Shown here: piece by piece, positions 44,049 through 53,823 of the stretch
Position numbering within the stretch: position 1 is the first letter of the stretch
Layout of the letters: each line of letters begins with the position of its first letter
DNA from: Myxococcota bacterium
GTDB lineage: Bacteria > Myxococcota_A > UBA9042 > PHBI01 > JAWLBL01
Assembly: GCA_041687695.1 (NCBI GenBank)
Contig: JAWLBL010000027.1
Coordinates: forward strand, 1 to 64,000
Reading direction: 5' to 3'
DNA length: 64,000 bases
Position numbers and translations under genes: made by a program
The notes under the pieces: generated by a model
What the model was told of the DNA's origin: nothing
Seen by the model: the letters and a program-made list of their open reading frames with translations, nothing else
The model's database searches: none

Positions 44049-44761
44049 GGTACCTGGTCCCCATCGCGATCGTCGCGCTGGTCCTCGTCGGCGCGGCGAC
44101 CGCCCTGTGGGGCTGGCCGGGCTCGTGGGCGGCCCTCGGGCTCCTGCCGGCGGCGCTCGTCGGCGGCACGTACGCCCACGTGCGCGGCGCGCTCGACAAG
44201 AGGCACGACATGCGGGTGGGCGTCATCGGCATCGGCCTCGGGCTGACGCTGGTGGCCCTGCCCGGCTCGCTGCTGGTCATGTCGGCCGTGAACGATCCCA
44301 GCGAGGTGGTCGTCGAGGAGACCCTCACCATCTCTGGCTCGCCCGAGCGCGTCTGGTCCGTCGTCGGCGATCCCGCCCAACGCGCGCGCTGGAACACCTG
44401 GGTCAAGGAGATCGAGCCCATCGGCGACCTCTCCGCGCCCGGTCTCGGGCAGCGCTACCGCTCGACGCTCGAGCTGGGCGGACGCGGCCGGCTCCCCGTC
44501 GAGCACCACGTGACCGAGGTCACCGCGGGCCGCGCGCTGGTCTGGCAGGTCCAGTTCACGACCGGCGCGGCCGTCGAGGACCTGCTCGAGGGCGTCCACG
44601 TGGCCGAGGTCGACGCGGCCGCCAGTCGCGTCACCTACCGGCTGACCTACCGCGCCCCCACCGTGCTCTCGCGCGTCGCCAACCGCGTCATGCTCGAGCC
44701 CGCCCTGCGCGACCTGGCCCAGCAGAGCCTCTCCCAGCTCGCGCGGGTGCTCGGCGAGTAG
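44045..44761 (+). CDS. Membrane-anchored SRPBCC/START-like protein (probable CTG start)
   Basis: EETLTISGSPERVWSVVGD...RWN SRPBCC signature; hydrophobic in-frame extension to a CTG at 44045. Confidence 0.6.
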   Translation: MRYLVPIAIVALVLVGAATALWGWPGSWAALGLLPAALVGGTYAHVRGALDKRHDMRVGVIGIGLGLTLVALPGSLLVMSAVNDPSEVVVEETLTISGSPERVWSVVGDPAQRARWNTWVKEIEPIGDLSAPGLGQRYRSTLELGGRGRLPVEHHVTEVTAGRALVWQVQFTTGAAVEDLLEGVHVAEVDAAASRVTYRLTYRAPTVLSRVANRVMLEPALRDLAQQSLSQLARVLGE

Positions 44762-44767
44762 CCGCCC

Positions 44768-45931
44768 GTGCTCACCGCCCTCGCGCCCCTGACCGTCCGC
44801 ACGGCCCCCGGCGTCGCCGCCGTCCCGCCGGCCGACTGGGACGCGCTGACCCACGGCGACAGCCCCTTCGTCGAGCACGCCTTCCTGGCCGGGCTCGAGG
44901 CGACCGGCTCCGTCGGGCCCGAGACCGCCTGGCGGCCGACGCCGCTGCTGGCCTACTCGGGCGAGCAGCTGGTCGGGGCCGCGCCCGCCTACGTCAAGAC
45001 CGACTCGATGGGCGAGTTCGTCTACGACTGGGCCTGGGCCGACGCCGCGCGCCGGATCGGCGTCCGCTACTACCCCAAGCTGGTCATCGCCGCGCCGTTC
45101 AGCCCGGTCGGCGGCCGGCGCCTGCTGACGCACCCGAGCCTGGCCGAGCCGCTGGCCACCCAGGTGCGCGGCGCCCTGCTCGCCGCGGCGCTCGAGCTGG
45201 CCGACCAGGCCCGCCTGCACGGCGTCCACGTGCTGTTCTGCGCCGAGGACGAGGTCGCCGCCGCGACGGAGCTCGGCTTCGCCCACCGCCTGGGTGTCCA
45301 GCTCCACTGGCGCAACGAGGGCTACCGCGACTTCGACGACTTCCTCGGGCGCTTCTCGTCCAAGCGCCGCAACCAGATCCGCCGCGAGCGCCGCCGCGTC
45401 CGCGAGGCCGGCGTCGACGTGCGCTCGCTGGCCGGCGCCGAGGTCGAGGACGCGCACCTCGACCCGGCCTTTCGCTTCTACGTCTCGACGGTCGAGCAGT
45501 TCGCCTGGGGGCGCCAGTACCTGAGCCGCGACTTCTTCGAGCACCTGTGGCGCGCCCAACGCGAGCGCTTGCACCTGACCCTGGCGACCCACGAGGGCCG
45601 CCCCATCGCCGGAGCCGTCGATCTGGCGAAGGCCGGCCGGCGCTACGGCCGCTACTGGGGCGCCGACGCGACGGTCGACGCCCTGCACTTCGAGGTCTGC
45701 GCCTACGCGCCCATCGAGGACGCCATCCGCCGCGGGCTCGGCGCCTTCGAGGCGGGCGCCGGCAACTACGAGCACAAGCTCGCGCGCGGCTTCCTCCCGG
45801 CCTTCACCCACAGCGTCCACTGGCTGGCCGAGCCGCGTTTCTTCGAGGCCGTCGCCGACTTCTGCGCCCGCGAGGCCGCCCACGTCCGCGCCGACGCCGA
45901 GCAGGCCGCCCAGCGCGTGTTCGTCCGCTGA
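44768..45931 (+). CDS. FemAB-like GNAT protein (DUF482 type)
   Basis: PFVEHAFLAGLE, GEFVYDWAWADA, YYPKL, YGRYWG, LHFEVCAY, FEAGA..EHKLARGF. Confidence 0.85.
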   Translation: MLTALAPLTVRTAPGVAAVPPADWDALTHGDSPFVEHAFLAGLEATGSVGPETAWRPTPLLAYSGEQLVGAAPAYVKTDSMGEFVYDWAWADAARRIGVRYYPKLVIAAPFSPVGGRRLLTHPSLAEPLATQVRGALLAAALELADQARLHGVHVLFCAEDEVAAATELGFAHRLGVQLHWRNEGYRDFDDFLGRFSSKRRNQIRRERRRVREAGVDVRSLAGAEVEDAHLDPAFRFYVSTVEQFAWGRQYLSRDFFEHLWRAQRERLHLTLATHEGRPIAGAVDLAKAGRRYGRYWGADATVDALHFEVCAYAPIEDAIRRGLGAFEAGAGNYEHKLARGFLPAFTHSVHWLAEPRFFEAVADFCAREAAHVRADAEQAAQRVFVR

Positions 45932-45999
45932 CCGCCGCCTTGACCCTCGCCGAGGCCTGTCCGACCTTCGAGCCATCCCCGCCGCCCCTCGAGATCTCC

Positions 46000-46530
46000 A
46001 TGACGACCTCGACCTTCACCACCGACGCCCCCCCGCCCGCCGGCGCCACGATCCCCGTCGTGACCGCCGGCGTCTGGCGCCGCGGCGTCGCCCTGGCCCT
46101 CGATCTCATCCCGCTGGTCACCCTGTGGGCCTTTGGCGTCGCGGCCTTGCTGGACCTCGGCGAGCTGCCCGACACGCAGTGGAACCCCTTCGACACGCTG
46201 GTCGACGTGGTGAACCACCAGCCGGGCGCCATCGCCGCGCCGACGCTCCTGCTCGGCCTGATGCTCTTCGCCTGGCCCTTGCTGTTCCAGCGGTTCGGCC
46301 GCGGGACGCCGGGCAAGCGGATCACCGGCCTGGCCCTGGTGAACGAGCACGGCCGGCCCCTGCCCGGCGACCGCCTGGCCCTGTGGTGCGCCCTGCGCGT
46401 CCTGGGCCTGGGCCTGGTCCTGGTCGGCCCCCTCTGGGCGCTGGTCGACCCGCAGCGACGCACGCCCTACGACCGCATCGCAGGGGCGTGGGTCGTGGTC
46501 GCCGAGCGCAGCGCCCTGCCCCGCGCCTGA
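46000..46530 (+). CDS. RDD-family membrane protein
   Basis: AGVWRRGVALALD, GTPGKRITGL, RRTPYDRIAG. Confidence 0.85.
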   Translation: MTTSTFTTDAPPPAGATIPVVTAGVWRRGVALALDLIPLVTLWAFGVAALLDLGELPDTQWNPFDTLVDVVNHQPGAIAAPTLLLGLMLFAWPLLFQRFGRGTPGKRITGLALVNEHGRPLPGDRLALWCALRVLGLGLVLVGPLWALVDPQRRTPYDRIAGAWVVVAERSALPRA

Positions 46531-46678
46531 GCCCGCCGGGTCGCCCAATTTGCGGCCCGAGTGCCGCAACGCCCAGTTATTTGACCCTCTTCTTGACCGC
46601 TCATAGGTTGGCCCCGGTCCGCGGCCGAAGCGTCTCGGACCACCTCAGGCAACCTACCCCTCCTGAAAGGAACCGGTC

Positions 46679-47197
46679 ATGAAGAAGCTCGTCCTACTCG
46701 CGACGCTCCTCGGGCTCGCCATCCCCACGGCCGCCTCGGCCAAGACCCTCGAAGGTCGCTTCGGCGTTGGCGGTGAGGCTGGACTGACCCCAGGCCACGG
46801 CGGCCTGAGCCTCAAGTACTGGGCTGGCAACTTCGGCATCCAGGGCCTCATCGGGATGCAGATCGCCACCTTCGACAGCACCGCGGACGGAGTTGCGGAT
46901 CCGGACAGCATCACCAACCTGCAGCTCGATCTGCGCGCCCTTTACAACTTCGCGCGTACTGAACAGACGAACCTGTACGTCGGCGGTGGTGTCGCCCTCG
47001 GCCTCATCGACGCCGACAGCTTCGGTATCGAGCTGCTCCTCGGCGCCGAGCACTTCTTCAGCGACTGGTTCTCGGTCTCGGGCATCGTCGGCTTGCCCAT
47101 CGCGCTGGGTGTCGAGGTCGCCCCCGGCATCGAGTCGACGTCCGCCAGCCTCGGCAGCGTGATCAACTGGGGCGGCGGCTTCCACTTCTACTTCTGA
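46679..47197 (+). CDS. Small outer-membrane beta-barrel protein
   Basis: Signal peptide, alternating beta-strand pattern, C-terminal GFHFYF; AAAGGA RBS. Confidence 0.8.
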   Translation: MKKLVLLATLLGLAIPTAASAKTLEGRFGVGGEAGLTPGHGGLSLKYWAGNFGIQGLIGMQIATFDSTADGVADPDSITNLQLDLRALYNFARTEQTNLYVGGGVALGLIDADSFGIELLLGAEHFFSDWFSVSGIVGLPIALGVEVAPGIESTSASLGSVINWGGGFHFYF

Positions 47198-47339
47198 GCC
47201 CAGCCCCCTCCGCCCGCTCCTTGCGGGCGCCCGTGGCCCCGTGACGCGCTCGACGCGTCCGGGGCCGCGTCGCTTCGAAAGACGGCATCCCCCTGAAATC
47301 CAAGCCCAATTCCCGCCACCTGGCCGCCCGGGAGTGAAG

Positions 47340-47368
47340 TTGAAAAGGGGGCCGACGGGGGGTATAAC
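47340..47368 (+). promoter_or_regulatory. sigma70-type promoter for the Ser/Thr kinase
   Basis: TTGAAA-17-TATAAC. Confidence 0.6.
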
Positions 47369-47401
47369 CGGGGGCCTGCAGCCCACTGGGCGAGAGGGAC
47401 C

Positions 47402-48745
47402 TTGAAGACCTGCCCGAAATGCACCGCTTCCCTGGACGACGCCGTTCGGTTCTGCCCAGCCTGCGGCACCGACGTCCGGACCAGCGATCGGCGCGATCCG
47501 CTCATCGGGCGGGTCATCGCCAACAACTTCCGCGTCGTCGAGCCGCTCGGCTCCGGCGCGATGGGCACGATCTACAAGGCCGAGCAGCTCTCGCTGGGCA
47601 AGACGATCGTCATCAAGGTCCTCCACCGCCACCTGCTGGGGGACCCGACGCTCAGCAAGCGCTTCCACCGCGAGGCGCGCGCCGCCAGCCTGCTCAACCA
47701 TCCGAACTGCATCCAGGTCATCGACTTCGGCCAGACCGAAGACCAGATGCTCTACATCGCGATGGAGCACATCGACGGCGTCGATCTCGCCGATCTGCTG
47801 TACCAGGAGTACCCGCTCGATCCGCGGCGCATCATCCACATCGTCAAGCAGATCTGCATGGCGCTCGACGAAGCGCACGCCAACGGCGTCCTGCACCGTG
47901 ATCTCAAGCCCGAGAACATCATGGTGGAGGACCGCCGCAACGTGAAGGACTTCGTCAAGGTCCTCGACTTCGGCATCGCCAAGCTGCAGGACAACAGCCC
48001 CGGCGCGGGCGGCGCCAACACCTTCCAGACCGTCGCGGGCGTCGTCTGCGGCACCCCCGAGTACATGAGCCCCGAGCAGGCCCGCGGCGAGAAGCTCGAC
48101 GGCCGCTCCGACCTCTACTCCGTGGGCATCCTGCTCTACCAGCTGCTGACCAACCAGCTTCCCTTCGAGGCGGACAGCGCCCTGGGCGTCGTCACCAAGC
48201 ACCTGACCGAGCAGCCCCGCCCGCCGCGGCAGCTGAACCCGGGCGTGCTCCCGGCGCTCGAGGCGCTGTGCCTGTCGCTGTGCGCCAAGAACCGCGACAT
48301 GCGGCCGCCGGCGGCGCTCGACGTCATCGCCGAGCTCGACCGCATCGACCGCGAGATCGAGGCCCAGCGCCGCCAAGCCCTGCTCAACGCGACCGACTCC
48401 GATCGCACCGTCGTCGAGCTCAAGCCCATCCAGCTGCAAGAGCTCGAGAGCGCGCGCGCCGCGTACGATCAACGCGTCGCCGCCGCGGGCGGGCCCGCCG
48501 TCGACTCCATGCGCGACACCGTCCCCGGGACCGCGGCCTCGCGCGAGTACTCGAACCAGCTCAAGGCCGGCCTGCCCCACACGCCGACCGCGGTGAACGC
48601 CGCGGCCCGCGTCGGGCGCGGCGAGGCGGTCGCCAGCGTCGAGGACGGCGACCAGTCCAACGTTCGGCTGTGGCTCATCACCGCCCTGGTCGCCACGGCG
48701 GTCGCGCTGGGCGGCTGGCTCGTCTACCGCGTCATCGGCGGCTGA
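47402..48745 (+). CDS. Hanks-type Ser/Thr protein kinase with N-terminal zinc ribbon and C-terminal TM
   Basis: CPKC..FCPACG, LGSGAMG, VIK, HRDLKPEN, DFGIAK, GTPEYMSPEQ. Confidence 0.95.
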   Translation: MKTCPKCTASLDDAVRFCPACGTDVRTSDRRDPLIGRVIANNFRVVEPLGSGAMGTIYKAEQLSLGKTIVIKVLHRHLLGDPTLSKRFHREARAASLLNHPNCIQVIDFGQTEDQMLYIAMEHIDGVDLADLLYQEYPLDPRRIIHIVKQICMALDEAHANGVLHRDLKPENIMVEDRRNVKDFVKVLDFGIAKLQDNSPGAGGANTFQTVAGVVCGTPEYMSPEQARGEKLDGRSDLYSVGILLYQLLTNQLPFEADSALGVVTKHLTEQPRPPRQLNPGVLPALEALCLSLCAKNRDMRPPAALDVIAELDRIDREIEAQRRQALLNATDSDRTVVELKPIQLQELESARAAYDQRVAAAGGPAVDSMRDTVPGTAASREYSNQLKAGLPHTPTAVNAAARVGRGEAVASVEDGDQSNVRLWLITALVATAVALGGWLVYRVIGG

Positions 48746-48853
48746 CGCCAGGCGCGCGCGAGCGGGTCGGGCTCGCCGGCCGGGCTTCGAACGACCAAGG
48801 GGCGGCCCTCGAGCCGCCCCTGTTCGTCTCGCGGGCCGCGACGGCGTCCGCGA

Positions 48854-49639
48854 TCAGCCCAGCTCGACCCGCAGCAGCTGGCGCCCGATGAACAGGAAGT
48901 CGCCGTCCTTCACCGGGGTCGGCTGCTTGACCTTGACGTAGGTGCCGTTGCGGCTGTCGAGATCCTTGAGGAAGAAGCCGTCGTCCCGCTCCTCGACCCG
49001 GCAGTGATAGCGGCTGATGTAGCGGTCGTGGATGAAGCTGAGGTCGCAGTCCTCGCGCCCCAGGGTCACCGAGCGCTTGCGCGCGCAGTACACGAGGCCC
49101 GGACGTCCGCCCTGGAGCACCTGCACGAGCCGGAACCGCCACGGCGTGATGGGCGTGCCGCCGAAGGTCGCGCCGTCGGCGCCCGGGATCGGGCTCTGCG
49201 GCTCGAAGCGCTCGAAGCGCAGGATCTGCTCGCCGGCGAGGAACTCCTCGCCCGGCGTCAGCCGCGCCGGCTCGTAGATCCGGATGTAGGTCCCGTTGCG
49301 GCTGCCCTCGTCGCGCACGAACAGGCGGTTGCCTTCGTAGTAGAAGTTCGCGTGCGTGGGCGAGACGGTGGGATCGTCGGGGAAGAGGATGGGCCCCTTG
49401 ATCCGGCCGGCCGGATGCTCCTGGCCGTGCAGCTGGAACGTGAAGCCGTCGGCCCCGTCGCCCCGGATGAGCCGCAGCCGCGCCTTGCGAGCGCTCGCCG
49501 GCGTGCCGCCTCCGGACGGAGCGGCGCTGCCCGAGGGCGCGTCGACCAGCTCGGGGCCGCCGATGATGATGTGGCCGCAGTTTCCACAGAATTTGTGGCC
49601 GGTGCCGACCGGGTGGCCACACGCGGTACACTTCGTCAT
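48854..49639 (-). CDS. Zinc-ribbon plus tandem FHA protein
   Basis: CTACG..FCGNCG; two FHA motifs (AGR..VSPTHA..DEGSRNGT; LGR..ISRYH..DLDSRNGT). Confidence 0.9.
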   Translation of the reverse strand: MTKCTACGHPVGTGHKFCGNCGHIIIGGPELVDAPSGSAAPSGGGTPASARKARLRLIRGDGADGFTFQLHGQEHPAGRIKGPILFPDDPTVSPTHANFYYEGNRLFVRDEGSRNGTYIRIYEPARLTPGEEFLAGEQILRFERFEPQSPIPGADGATFGGTPITPWRFRLVQVLQGGRPGLVYCARKRSVTLGREDCDLSFIHDRYISRYHCRVEERDDGFFLKDLDSRNGTYVKVKQPTPVKDGDFLFIGRQLLRVELG

Positions 49640-49699
49640 TCGGGCCCCTCGCGCCGATCCGAAACCCGTGCGAACTATAGAAGTTGCCTCGCCAGACCG

Positions 49700-52600
49700 T
49701 CAAGGAGACCGGCCCGCCGACGGACCCGCGAGCGCCTCTCGCGCGGCGCGACGCATCCGCGGCTCGCCGGACCGGGCGATCCGCTCGAGCGCCTGACGGG
49801 CGCTGGGATCGGGCTGACGCCCCAGGGCGGCGATCGCCTCGAGCGCGACGTCCGGCACGGGATCGGCCAGCGCGTCGATCAGCGCCCCCAGCAGGGCGCC
49901 ATCGGCCCGTCCCACCGCAGCCAGGGCGGATTGCCGTACCGTCGCCACCGGATCACGCGCGAGCACGATCATCGCCCCGGCCGCGCCCGACGTCCCCACC
50001 CGTCCCAGGGCCCGCGCCAGCGCGATCCGCAGCAGCGGGTCGTCGGCCGTCTCGGGCGCCGCGCTGGCACGGGCCAAGGCCGCCGCCAGCGCGGTCGCCC
50101 CTGGCCTCCCGGCGTCCGCCGCCGCCTGCGCCGCGCCCAGCCGGACCTCGGGCGCGGTCGCCGCGAGCGCGGCGGCGATCCCACCTTCGACGGCCGCGGC
50201 GGCGAAGGGCCCCTGCTCGTCCGTGGCGAGCGCCCCGAGCGCGCGCAGGGCGGCCGCCTGCAGCGTCGGCCCATGGGATCCCGCGACGAGCCCCAGCAGC
50301 TGAGGCGCATGAGGCTCGAGCCGTCCCGCGATCCAGGCCGAGATCCGCGCGTCGGCGCAGGCCTCGGGCACGAGCGGCGCGAGGCAGGGTGCCCCGACGG
50401 CGTCGCGGCTGAGCCCGCCGAGCAGCGCTAGCATCGCCGCGCGCTCGTGAGACCCCAGGATCACCGTCAGGCGCCGGTCGACGAGCGTGGCCACGGCCTG
50501 CAGGTCCTGCAGCCGGCGCGCCCCGTCGGGGGCGTCGACCTCGCGGCTGGCCGCGACGAGGTGTGTCGGGTCGCGCGAGAGCCGGTTCGATCCGAGGTCG
50601 GCGAAGGCGCCGTAGGCCGCCGCGACCGCAGCGTCGGCCTGCTCGGACCGGGGACCGGTCGGGGCGTCCGCCCGCGCGGCGGTCAACAACGCGCGGCCCA
50701 CCTCGGCCTGGACCTCTTCGGGGCCGCGCCACAGATGGGCCGCGAGGGCCTCGCGCGCCTCGGGCGTCCCGACGCGGCCCAGGGCCCAGGCGGCGAGGCG
50801 CGCCTCCTCGGAGCTGCCGGTGGCGAGGGCCGCGGTGAAGGTCCGGACGCTGCTGGGCGCGCCGATGCGACCGAGCGCCCAGAGCGCGGCGCGGCGCACC
50901 TCGCCGCGGGACTCGGTCGTCGCCATGGGCTCGAGCGTCGGCGCCGACTCGGGCGACGCGAGGTGCCCCAGCGCCAGCGCGACCAGCTCGCGCACGCGGG
51001 CGTCCGGCAGGCGCACGAGGCCGTGGAGGGCGGTCCGCGCCTCGGCCGCCTCGACCAGGCCGAGCGCCCAGATGGCGGCGTCGCGGTTGTCGCGGTGCGG
51101 GCCGGCCGCCATGCGGGCGAGGGCCCCCGCGGCGGCGGCCCCGCCGACGTGGCCCAGGGCGACCGCCGCCTGGAACTGCATCAGGGCGTCGGCTCCGTCG
51201 GCCAGGCGGGCCAGGGCTGGCGCGGCGCCGCTGGGGCGGGCGAGCCGGAGGACGTCCAGCGCCCGCGAGCGCACCGCCACGTCGGCGTCGCCTATTGCGT
51301 CGAGCAGGACCTTGAGGCCCCGGGTGCCCAGGGCGTCGAGCTCGGCCCGGCGCTCGGCCGGCGGCGCCTGCGACCACGCGATCTGCTGGGCGAGGAGGGC
51401 GTACACGTCGACCAGCAGCTTGAGGTAGACGCCGCGATCGCGTCGCGTGGCGGCCAGCGGACGGAGCAGCTCCTCGGTCGCCTCGAGGCGCTGGGCGACC
51501 ATCGCGACCTGCAGCAGCCGTCGGCCGGCCCGCAGCGCGTCGGACGGGTCGCTCGCCTCGCGCACGATGTCGCCGAGGACCTGCTCCTCGCGCACCAGGT
51601 TGCTCAGCTCCCGGTACAGGCCGGCCAGCTTGAACCGGACGCTCTGGTTGCGGGGATCGAGCGCGAGCGCCTGACGCCAGGCCTCGGCCGCTTCGCCGAG
51701 GCGCCCCATGCGGACGTACAGCTCGCCGACCTTGAGGTGGGCGCCCGGATCGGCCGGGTGCAGCGCGACCACCTTGCGCATGAGGTCGAGCGCGCGCGGC
51801 GCGTCGCCGAGCGACAGGGCCAGCTCCGCGGCGCGGTGCATCGCGTCGGCGGCCGCCGGCGGGTTGGCGCGGGCCAGCTGCTCGAGCACCTCGATGGCCT
51901 CGTGCAGCTTGTTCTGGCGCGTGAAGACGATCTCCAGACCGCTCAGCGTCTCGGAGTCGTCCGGGTGCAGCGCGCGCAGCCGCTCGAGCACCCGCCGCGC
52001 CTCCTCGTAGCGCCGCAGCCGCAGGTACGCCGACCCGAGGAAGCGCCCCGCCTCGACGTCCGGCGGCGTCGCCCCGAACCGCGCCGTCAGCCGCTCGATC
52101 TCGGCCTCGAGCCGGCCCTCGCGCTCCCACAGGCCGACGATGTGCCGCCGGGCCTCGCGCGCCACCGGGGGATCGCCATCCGAGCCGCGATCCAGCACGC
52201 GCCGCCACAGCGCCTGCGCCTTGGTGAACTGCTTCTCGCGCTCGAGCATCAGCGCGTACGCCTTGGCGAAGCGGTCGTTGTCGGGCTCGCGCTCGAGCGC
52301 CTGCTCGAAGGCCTGCGCCGCCTCGGCCGTCATGTCGTGCTCGCCATAGACCTCGGCCAGCAGGAACCACCCCTCGCCCGGGCTCCGCCCCATGGCCGTC
52401 AGCCGCTTCCAGGTCGCCAGCGCCCGCGCCTTGTCGTTCTGCGTCCAGTAGTACTCGCCCAGGCTGACGACGTGCGCCTCCTCGTTCGGCTCGAGGCGCA
52501 TCAGGATCTTGTACTCGGCCTCGATGCGCGCCCGGTGCTCCTTGTCGCCATATCGGATCGTCAGGTCGATGACCGCCTGGTGGACGCCCGGATCGCTGGC

Positions 52601-53791
52601 GTGCCGCTTCGACAGGCGCGCCAGCAGCTCGAAGCCGTCCCGGGCGCGCCCCTGATGGAACAGCAGCTCGGCCAGGCGCAGCTCGTGCCGCGGCTCGCCC
52701 GGCATGGCTCGGATCAGGGCGCGATAGGCCTCGACGACCTGCTCGGGCTTGCCGACCCGCTCGAGCAGCGCGATGGCCTTGAGGCGCGTCGGCCCGTCGG
52801 AGGGCTGCTTGGCGATGGCCTGCTCGTACAGCGCCAGCGCGCGCGCGTCGTCGGCGACCTCCTCGTACAGGCGCGCCACCGTCAGCAGCAGCGCGCGGCT
52901 GCGGCCGATGCCGGGCTCCCACTCGGCGATGAGCTCGCGCAGCCGATCCTGCCGGCGATACAGCCCGATGAGCCCGTCGAGGAAGCCGCCGCGCGCCCAG
53001 TGCCCGTCGGGCGTCCGCTCGAGCGCCTCGCGCAGCGTCGCCTCGGCGGCGTCGAGCTGGCCCATGCGCTCCTCGACGTCCGCGATCTCCTTCCAGACGA
53101 TGACGAGGTGCTTGAGGTCCCCGCCGGCACGCTTTCGCACCTCGCGCCAGATGGCGAGCGCCGCCTCGTGCTCACCGGCGCGCCCCAGCGCCGCCGCGTG
53201 CTCCATGCGCAGGAACAGGTTGCCGGGCTCGGTCTTGACCAGCGCGTCGAAGTAGCCGTTCGCGCGCGCCACGTCCTTGGCCTCGAGCGCGGTGTCCGCC
53301 GCCGCCTGCAGCGCCTCCTGCCGGCTCGCCTTGTCGAGCGGCAGCGCGACGGCGCGGTCATAGGCGGCGAGCGCCTTGGCCCACTGCTGGCCGCGCCGAT
53401 GGAGCGCCGCCGTCGCCAGGTGCGGGCCCGCGTCCTTGGGCCTGATGGCCGCCGCGCGCTCGTAGGCGGCCAGCGCCTCGGGGACCTCGTCGCCCGCCCG
53501 GCGCAGGTGGCCCAGGACCATCCACGCGGCGAAGTCCTTGGGCTGCTTGGCGACCGCCTCCTCGTAGGCCGCGACGAGGCCGGCCAGCCCGCCCACGGCG
53601 TGGGAGACCTCGAGCAGCCGCCGCAGCGCGTACTGCTGCCCCGGGTCCTCGGCGAGCATCTTGCGGTAGGTCTCGACCAGCGCGGCGTCGCGGTCGGAGG
53701 CCTGCGCCCGCGCCTTGACGGGGGTCGCGGCGGCCCCCAGGGCGACGAGCAGGGCCAGGACCAGGGCGCGGAGCGGGCGGGGCGCGGACAT
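49700..53791 (-). CDS. Large exported TPR plus HEAT repeat protein
   Basis: Signal peptide ending ARA; many TPR motifs followed by HEAT motifs (VRRAALWALGRIG). Confidence 0.85.
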   Translation of the reverse strand: MSAPRPLRALVLALLVALGAAATPVKARAQASDRDAALVETYRKMLAEDPGQQYALRRLLEVSHAVGGLAGLVAAYEEAVAKQPKDFAAWMVLGHLRRAGDEVPEALAAYERAAAIRPKDAGPHLATAALHRRGQQWAKALAAYDRAVALPLDKASRQEALQAAADTALEAKDVARANGYFDALVKTEPGNLFLRMEHAAALGRAGEHEAALAIWREVRKRAGGDLKHLVIVWKEIADVEERMGQLDAAEATLREALERTPDGHWARGGFLDGLIGLYRRQDRLRELIAEWEPGIGRSRALLLTVARLYEEVADDARALALYEQAIAKQPSDGPTRLKAIALLERVGKPEQVVEAYRALIRAMPGEPRHELRLAELLFHQGRARDGFELLARLSKRHASDPGVHQAVIDLTIRYGDKEHRARIEAEYKILMRLEPNEEAHVVSLGEYYWTQNDKARALATWKRLTAMGRSPGEGWFLLAEVYGEHDMTAEAAQAFEQALEREPDNDRFAKAYALMLEREKQFTKAQALWRRVLDRGSDGDPPVAREARRHIVGLWEREGRLEAEIERLTARFGATPPDVEAGRFLGSAYLRLRRYEEARRVLERLRALHPDDSETLSGLEIVFTRQNKLHEAIEVLEQLARANPPAAADAMHRAAELALSLGDAPRALDLMRKVVALHPADPGAHLKVGELYVRMGRLGEAAEAWRQALALDPRNQSVRFKLAGLYRELSNLVREEQVLGDIVREASDPSDALRAGRRLLQVAMVAQRLEATEELLRPLAATRRDRGVYLKLLVDVYALLAQQIAWSQAPPAERRAELDALGTRGLKVLLDAIGDADVAVRSRALDVLRLARPSGAAPALARLADGADALMQFQAAVALGHVGGAAAAGALARMAAGPHRDNRDAAIWALGLVEAAEARTALHGLVRLPDARVRELVALALGHLASPESAPTLEPMATTESRGEVRRAALWALGRIGAPSSVRTFTAALATGSSEEARLAAWALGRVGTPEAREALAAHLWRGPEEVQAEVGRALLTAARADAPTGPRSEQADAAVAAAYGAFADLGSNRLSRDPTHLVAASREVDAPDGARRLQDLQAVATLVDRRLTVILGSHERAAMLALLGGLSRDAVGAPCLAPLVPEACADARISAWIAGRLEPHAPQLLGLVAGSHGPTLQAAALRALGALATDEQGPFAAAAVEGGIAAALAATAPEVRLGAAQAAADAGRPGATALAAALARASAAPETADDPLLRIALARALGRVGTSGAAGAMIVLARDPVATVRQSALAAVGRADGALLGALIDALADPVPDVALEAIAALGRQPDPSARQALERIARSGEPRMRRAAREALAGPSAGRSP

Positions 53792-53823
53792 GCGCGCGAT
53801 GATCCGGCCGCGGCGCCGGCCGG

